A DNA stretch of 63,922 nt, counting the filler, from Olpidium bornovanus S191 (lineage: Eukaryota > Fungi > Olpidiomycota): the NCBI GenBank assembly GCA_017911155.1. It is 27 parts of 27 records of this genome, joined end to end, with 100 filler letters (N's around TTAATTAATTAA, not from the genome) between each part and the next. Parts side by side here need not be neighbours in the genome. Positions count along the whole stretch, not along the records: positions 38,122 to 40,547 come from JAEFCI010004829.1; positions 40,648 to 42,375 come from JAEFCI010011837.1; positions 42,476 to 46,861 come from JAEFCI010008129.1; positions 46,962 to 49,968 come from JAEFCI010002004.1; positions 50,069 to 51,140 come from JAEFCI010006753.1; 22 more parts are not named here. One strand, written 5' to 3'. The notes beneath the pieces were generated by a model that did not search any database, had not been told where the DNA came from, and saw only the letters and a program-made list of their open reading frames with translations. Made by a program: the position numbers and the translations under genes. Shown here one piece after another: positions 39,644 through 50,419 of this stretch; the first letter of the stretch is position 1, and every line of letters begins with the position of its first letter.

Positions 39644-40547
39644 TGCCGCCGCCTTCCGGCCGCTCACCGGCCGCTCATCGCCGCCGCCGCTCACCGGCCC
39701 CTCACCGGCCGCTCACTGGCCGCGCACTCGCCGCTCACCGGCCCCTCACCACCGCCGCCGCCGCCGGCCGCTCATCGCCGCCGCCGCCGGCCGCTCATCG
39801 CCGCCGCCGCCGGCCGCTCATCGCCGCCGCCGCTGCTGCCGCTTACCGGCTGCTCATCGCCGCCGCTGCTCACCGGCCGCTCACCGGCCGCTGACCGACC
39901 ACCACCGCCGACATTTCTGTGACCGACCACCACGGCCGACACCATGTCTTTCGCCGACGTCACTGAGGAAGGCCGGGCCAGCGCAAGCAAGCCAGGTCGG
40001 GGAGCCATTTTCTCCTCTACTCGTTTCACCGGCATTCCTCCCGAGGAGGAGCACAACAACGTTGTTCCCACCGAGACGGCCAACCCTCTTCCTCTCACCG
40101 AAGAGAATGCGATATTGCAAGCACAAGTGACGTCCCTTCAACGCCATGTTGACCGACTTACAACGAAAACAACTGCTCCGTCTTTATCCCCTTCCTCGAC
40201 AGACGTCAAAGATTCCATCAAGGCGGCCCTCACGGAGATTACAAAGTTTGACGGAAGAGGAGGGGCGGTGAAATACCATGCGTTCGTGCATAATCCCGAC
40301 ACATATTTTGCCCTAACCGGTCTCTCTAGTCACCTTCAAGTTGTCGTCGCAGAGAACAAGCTGACCGGCATGGCTGAGACCCTCTGGTCGCCCACATTGA
40401 CACTGGAAAAGAAGCATCTTGGACCGCCATGAAAGAGCTCCTGCGCGCTCACTTCTCCAACGAGTACGAGAGCCTCGACGCCAGCCGCAAACTTCGAGGA
40501 TTGCGTCACACAGGCAGCATACAAGAGTATACGTTGCAATTCAACGC
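38941..40547 (+). mobile_element. Ty3/gypsy element A, 5' part: 77-bp LTR, PBS, GCC-rich leader, gag
   Basis: TGTTG...CAACA at 38941-39017 containing AATAAA; PBS GGTTATGAGCCC at 39018-39029; (GCC)n leader at about 39080-39920; gag from 39944 with KFDG...YF..., KLTGMAE.LW and, frameshifted, KLRGLRHTGSIQEYTLQF (retrotransposon gag pattern). Confidence 0.8.
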
Positions 40548-40859
40548 NNNNNNNNNNNNNNNNNNNNNNNNNNNNNNNNNNNNNNNNNNNNTTAATTAAT
40601 TAANNNNNNNNNNNNNNNNNNNNNNNNNNNNNNNNNNNNNNNNNNNNGCATGAACCGACTGATTCTCCCCTCCCCCCCCAACACCGCATCGTTCGCACTC
40701 CCCACGTCGTCGAAGCTGCCGTCAGTTAGCAGTATCAACCAAAACTTTTTTGCAGCGGGAAATCGCTCATTAGTGCACGTGACTCAGGAAATTTTGTTAT
40801 CCAGTCAACCCCGGCGGCACAAGAAACAATAAAATCGATGTCGTTGATCGATGTCGAAT

Positions 40860-42290
40860 CTATGTTCTTTCTAACCTCTGCTTCTCCGACTTTGACTTTA
40901 ACCATCCGCGAATAAACGTGGAGCTGAGCTTATCGGCATACGGCGAGGCCGCGGCCGGAAAATGTCCGTCCGTTCGCGTGGATTCGCTCTCGGCGCCGGC
41001 AAGTACGTCGATCACGAAGATCTCCAATGGGTCGAGTCCCCTTTTCGCCCGTTCGGAGTTGACTGAGTGCGAGGGGTTGTAGGCAGTTTCGGCTGTCAGC
41101 AGTAAAGATTGAGGGCAGGAGGCCGGGGGGGGAAGGGAGGTGGGGTGGGGGAGGGGAAGGGGATGCGACGCCTCACAAAACGTTTAGACAAACCAAATTC
41201 CCCGCCAGAAAGCGTCTCGTGTGAGACAACCAAAGCAGAGAATGTGCCGTCGGAGGCTGCCGGACCGCAGGGGTCGTCGATGATTTCGACCTAAAACGTC
41301 AAAAAAAAACCTCGGGGGCTTAGACACTCTCGAGGCGGAGAAAAGGGCTGACGCGCGGGCCGACGCAGGTATACCTGGTAGCGGATCTGAGGTCGAATTC
41401 TCTGCAAAAAATTTCTGGCCTCCGTCAGCCTGACCTCTTCAGGTTGGAGCAGCTCACGATTAATCTTGGATTTAAGCATCGACGCGGCTGGGAAAGAGCG
41501 CGGCGTTGCCTTTCCAAGTCATGCTTTCTACGGAAGGTCCCGGGGAATCCACGAAGCGCGGTTTTGGACCGGGGCGCCGCTTACACGTTACGCCGCAGAA
41601 CAGCGTCTCGCTCGGGACCCACGCGGCCATGGTCAGCAGGATCTTGTGCCCGACGTGCAGGTGATCAAACGTTCCCCCGACCGCGGCGTACGCGTGATCG
41701 CGTTTGGAAAACGGCGGACGAGCCGTCGTCTCCCCGATATTCCGGAGACGGCTGGAGCGCTCCGGGAGGCACGCCTGCGGCGTCAGGCTACGCGACGGCA
41801 GTTTCGACAGTCCCTCCTGCAATCGCCTCGACTGCAGCTTCTCGAGCTCCTCCCCGTCGCCGGAGTGCATGAGGACCACCTGCGGCGGGCGTTTGCCCTC
41901 GCTGTCCCGCAACGCCGACCGCCGGGCGCAGTGCCAGTCGGGCACGACGTCAAACCGGAGCAGGGGCTTGTCCTCTTCCAGCGCGCGTTCTCCGGCCGCG
42001 CCGTAGAGGAGGGCGAGCACGCGCTGCAGGTGTTTCCAGACGTAGGGCGGCCCCGGAGCTTGCGCGCTTCCGCACTGGTCGCGCGGGACTAGTTCCGGGC
42101 AGGACAGGAGGACCACGACCTCCTCGGAGCAGAGCGCCACCGACTGCGACACAAGTGACGCAAGCGCGCGCGCCGTCCCCTCCTCCTTGGATGCGCCCGC
42201 GAGGGACCTGAGCGGCAGGAGGAGGAGCGCCCGTTCGTACTTGTCGGTCTGCTGCTGCCGCCGCTGATGAGGCTCCATGTGGTCCGACAT
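40860..42290 (-). CDS. CAB4: Phosphopantetheine adenylyltransferase (fungal CAB4-like), 4 exons
   Basis: AAVGGTFDHLHVGHKILL (HxGH), FCGVT | MLKSK...ELLQP...R | VEIIDDPCGP...ALVVSHETLSGG | VNSERAKRGLDPLEIFVID...KLSSTFIR. Stop at 40860-40862. Confidence 0.88.
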
Positions 42291-42375
42291 CAGGGGATGC
42301 CTCGCAGCATCGTCGTCGACCGGGACTCGCGTTGGACGAGCAAATTCTGGACGGCGTTGGCCACCCGTCTCGGAA
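42291..42375 (+). mobile_element. Ty3/gypsy integrase fragment
   Basis: QGMPRSIVVDRDSRWTSKFWTALATRLG matches the gypsy integrase core HG.P.SIVSDRD.RFTS.FW..L...LG. Confidence 0.75.
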
Positions 42376-42475
42376 NNNNNNNNNNNNNNNNNNNNNNNNN
42401 NNNNNNNNNNNNNNNNNNNTTAATTAATTAANNNNNNNNNNNNNNNNNNNNNNNNNNNNNNNNNNNNNNNNNNNN

Positions 42476-44045
42476 CATGTTTGTGTTTTGTCCACCAGAT
42501 CGCGGCATCACCCGTAAATTTGGCGGTGACGATGGCTATGAGAATCTCATTGCTGTGATGAACGATGTTGGCATACGAGTCAACTCGATCGATGAAAGAG
42601 AGAATCTTTGATGCACTTTCGATACCAGAGAGTTTCGGTATATCAGCCTGGATCCCCTTTAGAACATTGCGATCGACGCGATTCTCTTGTGACGACGCTG
42701 TCGGTGGCCAGTATGGTGGATACGTTTTCCTGTAGTCTTGGGAATACCTTTCCCGATGACGACGTCGCTTGAACTCTAGGAAAGCTTGATATTCATCATC
42801 GTCATCCTCAAAGTGCACATCGTATGGCCTTGATGAACAATGTTTGTAACGTAGATTTGCAGTGTGACGGGGAAGGTTCCGACGAGGAATATTATCGTCG
42901 GTTCCCTCGGAATCGTCATCTTTTTCGGCAGAATACAAAGTAGTCCGACTCACCCGGGATGCGGGCTTGGCAGAGCGAGAGCTGTTGCCCTCATTCTCAA
43001 GCCGGGCGACCAACCGTGCTGAGTCAGGGTCAGACTCCCGTCCTGCCAGCCTTACTTTTTTCTGGTGGACACGGGTGTTGGTCCTTTGCATTGAAGAGTC
43101 CCTATGCAGAAGCTCGTCAGGAAGGTGGTAGGAATCGTTGTCGCTCTCAAAAACAGATTCATCACGTTCTTGGCGGCCTTGAGGTGTTGGAAAACTGCCC
43201 GGCAGTTTCCGTGGTGGTGGCCTCTCTGCAGTGTTGTCATACACGTTGCCGGTGTCTTCCATGGGCGATTCCGGGTGAGCCAGTCTTGTTGGCATAGACG
43301 GTCGGGGCCTAGGAGCGAGTCCCAGGGCTTGGAGCCTTTCCAGAGTTTGAAGTTCGGCATTGTTGTTATTGGAGGTTCCATGAGATCGTTGGTCTTCGGC
43401 TGCAGCAGCGTCATTAGGGTCTGACGCGTGCCGCAATGGAAGTTTTTGTCGGGAAGAAGTAGTGGCTGCGTCCCGCACTCTTTCCTGAACTCGTAGGACA
43501 TACTCGTGCTCGGTTTCACCTTCCGTGCGGCCTGGTAGACCGGCCTTGCGCCGGGTCGAATCGCTCATGGTCGCGCTAGTTCAAGCTGCGGAGCGGGAAA
43601 ATAAGGGCCTTGGAGAGCGGTAAAAACGCGGTCACAGAACGACGCCGAGTGCACGGCGGCGGCGGCGCGCGGCGATGGTGGGAGCGCAGCTGCGGCTGCG
43701 AAAATGGGCGGCGGCACAGCTGCGAAGAAGGGCAGCGGCGCGCGGCGGCGAAGAAGGGCGGCGGCTGCGCGGCGGCGAGAATGGGCGGCGGCGCGCGGCG
43801 AAAATTGGCGGCGGCACGGCTGCGAAGAAAGGCGGCGGCGCGCGGCGAAAATTTGCGGCGGCGAAAGCGCAGAGAAGGGCGGCGCGCGGAAGCGGGGCAG
43901 CGGTCAGAAGAGTCGCGTTGGGCTCATAACCTTTCGCGTTCTTTTTCTCTTGTATTGTGTGAATTTGTGTGGGAAGTACGGGAAAAACATGAAGAGTGAA
44001 GGTGGGATGTATCTGTGGTCACGTGACTGATTTATCCCCATGACA
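42476..44045 (-). mobile_element. Ty3/gypsy element B, 5' part: about 114-bp putative LTR, PBS, GC-rich leader, gag ORF from 43568
   Basis: Minus strand: TGTCATG start at 44045, PBS GGTTATGAGCCC at 43931-43920, CGCCG-rich leader, gag ending KLSGIESASKILSFIDRVDSYA...KFTGDAAIWW. The LTR 3' end is not the canonical CA. Confidence 0.72.
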
Positions 44046-44204
44046 TTATTTGCTACACCTCGGCAAGCTTTGCTCCCTCAAAGATAGTGCCAAGGCTTAC
44101 TATAGGTTTTTTTCTGGCCCAGTTATGGTGGGGCCCGCTCCGCGAAACACCGAGTTCCCATGGCGAGCCATTGCTAGAGATAGACCAATGCCCTTACGGG
44201 CCAT

Positions 44205-46132
44205 TGTATTAGCCAGTGACCTAGTGCGCTGCAGTAGCAGGGCAGACCCAGTGAGTCCCTCGGGGCTGTGTTGGCCCCGGGGTGGTGGCCTCCTGTGCTG
44301 TGGCACCGTCCACAGCCCCGACCATCGCCCAACGCCAAGAAAGACGCCAAGGAGGGCAGGTGGCGGGCGGCAGGCGGGACTCGGCAGCGGGCGGTGAGAG
44401 GGACAGCGGTGCAGGCACGCGACCCGTAGCCGACCAATAGAATAGCCCCCCCTCCCATAGCAACGCCACACGCGGGACCCCACCGCCAACCACATCCCCC
44501 CCCCCCTTGGCAAAGGAGGCCGCCCCCGCGCGCAACCGCGCAAACACGGTCCCCACGTGGGGACCACGACCGCGCGGGACGAGGACCGCGGCCGAGCCCG
44601 CGACCGCAAAAACGAAGGGACTCTGCCGTCGTCCTGCTTCGCTGGTCGACGGGCATAAATAGCGGCCTTCCTGTTCCATAGCTCCGCCTCTCACCGTTCA
44701 CGGTTTACCAACCCCGGAAGAACCTCTCCCTTCCCCAACTTGTTAGCCGCGTCCCCACACCCGTAGCTCTCGCTCGAACCGGACATTGCAATAAAAAGAT
44801 TTGAACTTTGCAAACCTTGCCGCAGTACATGGTAGCAACGCCTCTCTTTCGACATGGCCCGTAACCCGACCTCCCCCGTTGCCTCTGCCGCAGGACCGAC
44901 TCTCCTGCAGACAGAGGCGGACTACCAGCTGGCGATCCGCCAGCTGGAGGCCCGCCTGGCAGAGGTGACCGCGCAGCGCGACCACTCGCTGCAGACGGCA
45001 TTTGCCGCCATGCCGCCGCCGAGGACTCCGTATGGAAGCACTCGGAATCCGACCGCGCCGTCGCGAAACTTATTCGCGACAAACTTCGGCCGTTCACTGG
45101 CCGTAACCGGACCCCCCACCACGTGCGCAATTTCCTGTCGCAGTTTGAGCAATACGCTGACTATGCATGCCTCGAGCCCTCAGCCAGGGTCATGGCGGTC
45201 GGCGCGATGCTCGCGGACGAAGCAGCCACCTGGTATCAAAGTTTGGCGAGCTCGGTGTTGAGCTCCACCGAGTTCCACCGACTCTTCCTCCACCGTTGGG
45301 GAACCCCCCCTGGAGGAGGAGAACGCGCGGAGGCGGCTGGCCAGCCTCCAGCAGACCAGGTCGGCACGCCAATACACGGAATTCCAACGTTTGGCGTTCC
45401 TCCTCCCTGACCTCACCGAAGCCGACAAGTACTTCGCATACAGGCAGGGCTTGTCGGACGGTCTTCAACGAGACCTCCGCGTAATGCGAGTCGCCTCCCT
45501 GGAGGAGGCCATATCTGTCACGCAGGAGCTCGACAAGATCGACCGCTAACGATAGCGAGGGCCTGGGCATGCACCGGAGCGCCTTCAAGAGCAACCCTAC
45601 CGCCCGGGGCCCTTCGACAACGGACCTGTGCCCATGGACCTCAGTGCAGTCGCGACAACCTGCGAGCCGACGCCTGACATGGGCAATTACAATGACTTCC
45701 TCGTCTTCCCACGCATGACAGAACCGCTGCGTGAGTTCCTCCGGGCACAGAACGCCTCTCTGTACTGCAGGCACCTGGAGGCTGACCACCAAGCGTCGGC
45801 CTGCCCAAAAAAGAGGAAGATTCGGAAGTCAAAAAACTAGAAGCGGTGACAGGACTCTCGATGCCGCAGGTGGCGCCGACCCCGTCGCCTGAGCCTCCGG
45901 CGAAAGCTGCGACCGACTTCCGGACGACCGACAAACCCCTGGCCAAAAAGACCGACTCGCACCCTAAGGCAGGCGAGCCCGGAACAATCGCCGTGAGCTC
46001 TACCGCTCTTGGCACCAAGTCCTCGATGGGAAGCCTCCTGCTGGCAAAGGGACTCCTCGGTAACCGCTCTGCTGAAGTCCTTATCGACAGCGGCTGCACC
46101 AGGAACCTCATGAATTCCCGAGTGGCCGCGAG
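44205..46132 (+). mobile_element. Ty3/gypsy element C: 5' LTR (left edge uncertain), tRNA PBS, frameshifted gag, protease
   Basis: TATA-like CATAAATA near 44655, AATAAA near 44790, LTR end CAGTACA at 44829, PBS TGGTAGCAACG at 44830-44840. Gag fragments VRNFLSQFEQYA...LADEAATWY, ARRRLASLQQT, YRQGL, PMDLS; protease VLIDSGCTRNLM. Confidence 0.82.
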
Positions 46133-46720
46133 TGTAACAAGAGAAGTACTTAATCTGCGCAATGTGCTATCTGGATATTGTATTTCTCGAGTCTGACTCT
46201 AGACTCTGGGTCTGGGTCTGGATCTGGACTACAATGCTTTTGAGATGTAGTGGGATGTTATGCACGATCTATATCTAAAGTACGCGGGGCGTAGCGCTTT
46301 ATATAGGCGCGTCCTAATGCCAACGCCTGCGCTGTTGTGCGGGTGTGTAATCTTGATAGTGCTGCGCGTACCGCCGGTGCGCGGTACCGCGTACCGGTGC
46401 GGTGTGAACTTTGTTCACTTCGATTTTGATTTTCCCTTATTACTTTGATTTTATTCTGTTTTGATTTCAATTGTACTTTGGTCGATTTACTTCGATTTTA
46501 TTCTGTTTCGATTTCGATTGTACTTTGGTTGATTTCGATTTGTGAACTTTGTTTGCTTTTATTTTGATTTATGCCGTTTCGATTTCGACTTTATCTTGTT
46601 TCGATTTCGATTGTACTTTATTTGATTTGATTTCATTCTATTCCAGTTTGATTCTGTAGCCTTTGATTTGAGTCTGTCCCCTTCGAGTTGCCTTTCCATT
46701 GCTTCTCGACTTCGATTTAC
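46133..46720 (-). mobile_element. LTR-like insertion interrupting the element C protease, with AT-rich internal repeats
   Basis: Coding similarity stops at TGTAACA (46133). Minus-strand TATA (CCTATATAAAG) near 46300; repeated gattttattctgtttcgatttcgattgtactttg-like units at 46410-46640. Outer boundary not defined. Confidence 0.5.
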
Positions 46721-46961
46721 ACGTGGCGATAGTTTACGCATTCGACGGCTGTACGCAGATAGATTTTCTTTCTCCCCCCCAGCTCGAACGCACCAAACGA
46801 ACGAAACCAAATGTAGAATCGAACGCAATAAAAGCAACGAACTCGCGATCTTCTCAAAGGANNNNNNNNNNNNNNNNNNNNNNNNNNNNNNNNNNNNNNN
46901 NNNNNTTAATTAATTAANNNNNNNNNNNNNNNNNNNNNNNNNNNNNNNNNNNNNNNNNNNN

Positions 46962-48108
46962 CATGATCTGATCCAATGCCCCCGGAAGCGCTAGCCCTTC
47001 CGTCCCGCTCTTGTTCTCCAAAATGTGGGCGTCCCGACTCCACACAGTCCTCTTGGTGGTCAGGCTGAGAAATTGCCAGGCTTTTTGTTCTTCAGCATAT
47101 CCAACGAACATCAATTGCTTGCTTTTCGCATCCAGTTTGGTGTCACTGCATCCTTCAGGCCGCCGCACAAATGCCAGGGACCAGAAGATGCGCAAAGAAT
47201 TTGTCGCTGGCAGTTTCCGGTGCCGCTTCTTGTATGGAGTGGTGCCTGCAATGCCAGAGTGTGGTGCACAATTATAGAGGTACGAAGTTGTTACCAGCGC
47301 TTTGGCCCACAACGTTTTCGGCAACTGAAAGTGCGCCAGCATGGCTTGAATTCTCTCGTTCAATGTTCGGTTTACTCTCTCCGCCAGTCCGTTCTGATAC
47401 GGAGTGTCCCTTGCGCTGACGAAATGCCGAACTCCCCAACGGCACAGGTCCCCTTGCGCCCATGTACTCGCCGCCGCCGCCGGTCTGCAGCACCTTCATG
47501 CGGTGCCCAGTAGAGTTCTCCGCTTCGGCCTTGAACCGCCGCAGCCGGTCTGCACAGTCACTTTTTACCTTGATTGGATAGATGTATAGGTACCTGGTCG
47601 CCTCGTCTAGTAACGTAACAGCAAAGCGCGCTCCTCCCATGGATGGCACAGGAAAACTCAGCACATCCGAGTGTAGTTTTTCCAGCGCCCTTACCGCTCG
47701 CGTCCCCTCTCTTTCCCGCGGGATATTCGCTCGTGGTAGGCGTGCGACAGGGCAGATCTTGCAACCTTGGAGTTCTCCGGCATGGCCCATACGACAGTGA
47801 TGCAGTGTCGCTTCCCGTGATGGTGCTCCGTTCACCGTCAAGGCCGCGGTCGCTGTCCCGCCAGTCCGCATCATGGGTGTGCGCACCTCCATTTCGTAGA
47901 GCAGGTTCCTGAGGCGTTGCCCAATGATGGCCAATTTCCCGCGCACAGTCACTTGGCATCGGTCTCCCTCGAAGCTGACAGCCCCCCCGCGTTTGGTTAT
48001 CTGTCCGATTGAAAAGATGTTTTTGGTCATCTGAAGAACCACATGCACATTCTCCAGCTTCAGGTCTCCACATGCAGCGATGAGTCTCAGGGATCCTTTC
48101 GCGGTCAC
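46962..48108 (-). mobile_element. Ty1/copia pol fragment (pre-integrase + integrase), frameshifted
   Basis: GQRLRNLLYEM, LHHCRMGH...CKICPVARLPR, LEKLHSDV...GGARFAVTLLDEATRY, LQTGGGGEYM, then NGLAER...ERIQAMLAHFQLPKTLWAKA and KLDAKSKQLMFVGYAEEQKAW. Confidence 0.9.
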
Positions 48109-48114
48109 GCTCGA

Positions 48115-48749
48115 TTCTGGATGATCTCGGGATCACCGAGGAAATTCCATGCCTTTACATCGACAATTGTGGGGCAATACACTTGACCTCGAATGAGAGA
48201 CAAGTTGGACAACGCTCGAAACATATTCATGTCAAGCATCTTTTCGTTTGTGAGCAAGTCCACTTGGGACACCTCGAGATTCCTCCGGAGTTGACAGCCA
48301 AAAACATTGCAGACATTTTCACCAAGGGACTGCCTCGTCCAGCCTTTCTTGGGCACCGGCAAACTCTTAACGTCCTCCCCGTTATATTAACTTGATTTTC
48401 TTTTCTTTTGCTTTCTTTTATTTATTCTACACCTACGTAAATCTCCATTTTTTCTTGATTTTCTATGCGAGAAGGAGTGTTGAGTGTCATTTCTTTTGCT
48501 TGCTTTTATATATTCTACACCTACGTAAATCTCCATTTTTTCTTGATTTTCTATGCGAGAAGGAGTGTTGAGTGTCACAGTTTAGTCAGAACCATTTCTT
48601 TTGCTTTCTTTTATTTATTCTACACCTACGTAAATCTCCATTTTTTCTTGATTTTCTATGCGAGAAGGAGTGTTGAGTGTCACAGTTTAGTCAGAACCCC
48701 TTAATGTTTCAGTCCTCATAACGCGTAAAATCCCCTGTACAATACAACG
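48115..48749 (+). mobile_element. Ty1/copia 3' end: RNase H, triplicated 3'UTR-PPT-LTR start, about 79-bp putative 3' LTR
   Basis: LYIDNCGAILLTSN...RSKHIHVKHLF..EQV..G...NIADIFTKGLP (stop 48393-48395); PPT GCGAGAAGGAG; TGTTG at 48671 to CAAC(G) at 48749. Confidence 0.82.
48401..48698 (+). repeat. Three direct copies (88-104 bp) of the 3'UTR-PPT-LTR start
   Basis: tattctacacctacgtaaatctccattttttcttgattttctatgcgagaaggagtgttgagtgtca occurs three times. Confidence 0.92.
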
Positions 48750-48804
48750 CCCACCGGGCGGCGAAAACCTTTCAACACAGGCCTCCTGCTCCAATTCTGC
48801 GCCA

Positions 48805-49968
48805 ATGTCGCCTACGGTTGTGATGGGCGGCTCGGGCCAGGACGAGAGGCTGCTGCGACGTGTCGGAGAAGGACCGGGGGCAACGGGGGAGAGCGCAAAC
48901 AAAGCTACAGCCATGGGAGGACCTTCGGCGGCAAGGACCGACACCAGTAGCACCAGGATCGCCTTGGAGAGCGGTGGAGGAGGGCCTCGGGCGGCCTCTT
49001 CGGCTGACCCTATGTCGCGTGGCACGTGCGCCACTCCTCAAAATGCGACGGTGGAGAGGGGAGCTACGGCTGCGCCAACCGCCAGGAAGAGGCCGCGAGC
49101 AGCGGCAGCCACTGGCGCCGCCTCAAGCGCGACTGCCTCTTCAAAGGGGACTTTGAAGATCATTAAGCAGACTACCTTTGTGACAGGGCCTTCTTCGCAG
49201 AAGAAGCAACGTGGCGCGCGGCCCGAAGGCCACTGTGAAGACGAGCAGCGTACGGGCAGGGACCGCGAGGAAGAAGCTGAGGGAGGAAGTATCACGCAGA
49301 GCCAACCGGTGAGAAGGGCCCGGGTGAAGGCTGCTGCAGCACTGCAGGGGGCGGCCGAGGAAGAGGAATCAGACGAGGACCGGCCACAGACGCGGTCGAT
49401 GCGCCGCGCGTGCCTTCGAGCGGCTGCCCTGTCAACCCAGCGTCTCATGCGCAACACTGGGGACATCGAGGCCAACCCTCCTGGTACCCCAGTCAGCGAG
49501 GAAGCAGGGTCTACATCAAGTTTGACAAGAAGGCTGAGCACAGACGATGTCGTTGGGACTGACCACGCCTCGACCCTGTCGTCAACGCCGATGCCTCGCC
49601 TGAGAACCCCCATGCGGCTGTCCGCCCGGACAGGCCGGAACGATCCGACTCGGGAGCACCCAGACCTCCCCGATCACAGGACGCTTTAAAAGCGGGAGCC
49701 TCCCCGAAACGATGGGATCCGCCTTCGCCCCACGTCGGAACTGTCTCCGTGGAACCGTAAACAGCTTGAGATGCTGAAACGTTCGGAATGCCGCCACTGG
49801 TCGACAATTCTCACGCTGTCCCACGAGTTTCACGTCGACTCGCTCGACGAGGGGTGGGCGGGGCGTTTGGCCGATGCTGCAGCTGCATTCTCTTTTCTGG
49901 TTTGCCGGTATCGCGGGTACCTTCCGGCACTGCAGCGTGCTCAATTCATGCGACATCGCCATATTGTC
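48805..49968 (+). pseudogene. Long TE-like ORF with one in-frame TAA and a degenerate 2A-like motif; possibly non-LTR retrotransposon derived
   Basis: ORF 48805-49689 continues in the same frame after TAA (49687-49689) to the contig end and contains LMRNTGDIEANPPGTP. No RT or endonuclease motif is visible. Confidence 0.35.
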
Positions 49969-50076
49969 NNNNNNNNNNNNNNNNNNNNNNNNNNNNNNNN
50001 NNNNNNNNNNNNTTAATTAATTAANNNNNNNNNNNNNNNNNNNNNNNNNNNNNNNNNNNNNNNNNNNNGGGGGGGT

Positions 50077-50122
<46 letters not shown>

Positions 50123-50419
50123 GGGGGGGCCGGCTGCAGCAGCTGCTGCGTTTGCTGCTGTGGTTAGCCGTTTGCGGTTTGCGCGCGAGAGAAAGGAGAG
50201 CAGTTCGCCGGGATTCCGCGCACTTCGGCGGTGTTCTTTCTCCGGCGCCCCGCCAGGGTGGCGCAGGGAGGGGAGGGGCGGAGGGGGGACTTCGGGTGTA
50301 TGACGCCATAAAAGCCGGTCTCCCTGGGGCGGATGCAGTGAGGCGGCCGGTACCCCGCCCACCTGCCCATCGTCGCGCGCCCACTCTTGAAACCACCGCC
50401 CGCCCTCGTCCGTCAGACA

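Noticed and set aside
16725-49689. Alternative genetic code (TAA read as Gln)
   Set aside because: Well-conserved genes here (CHD1, CHORDC1, copia RNase H) end in TAA at expected positions and contain no internal TAA or TAG. The in-frame stops are confined to decayed or unassigned sequence.
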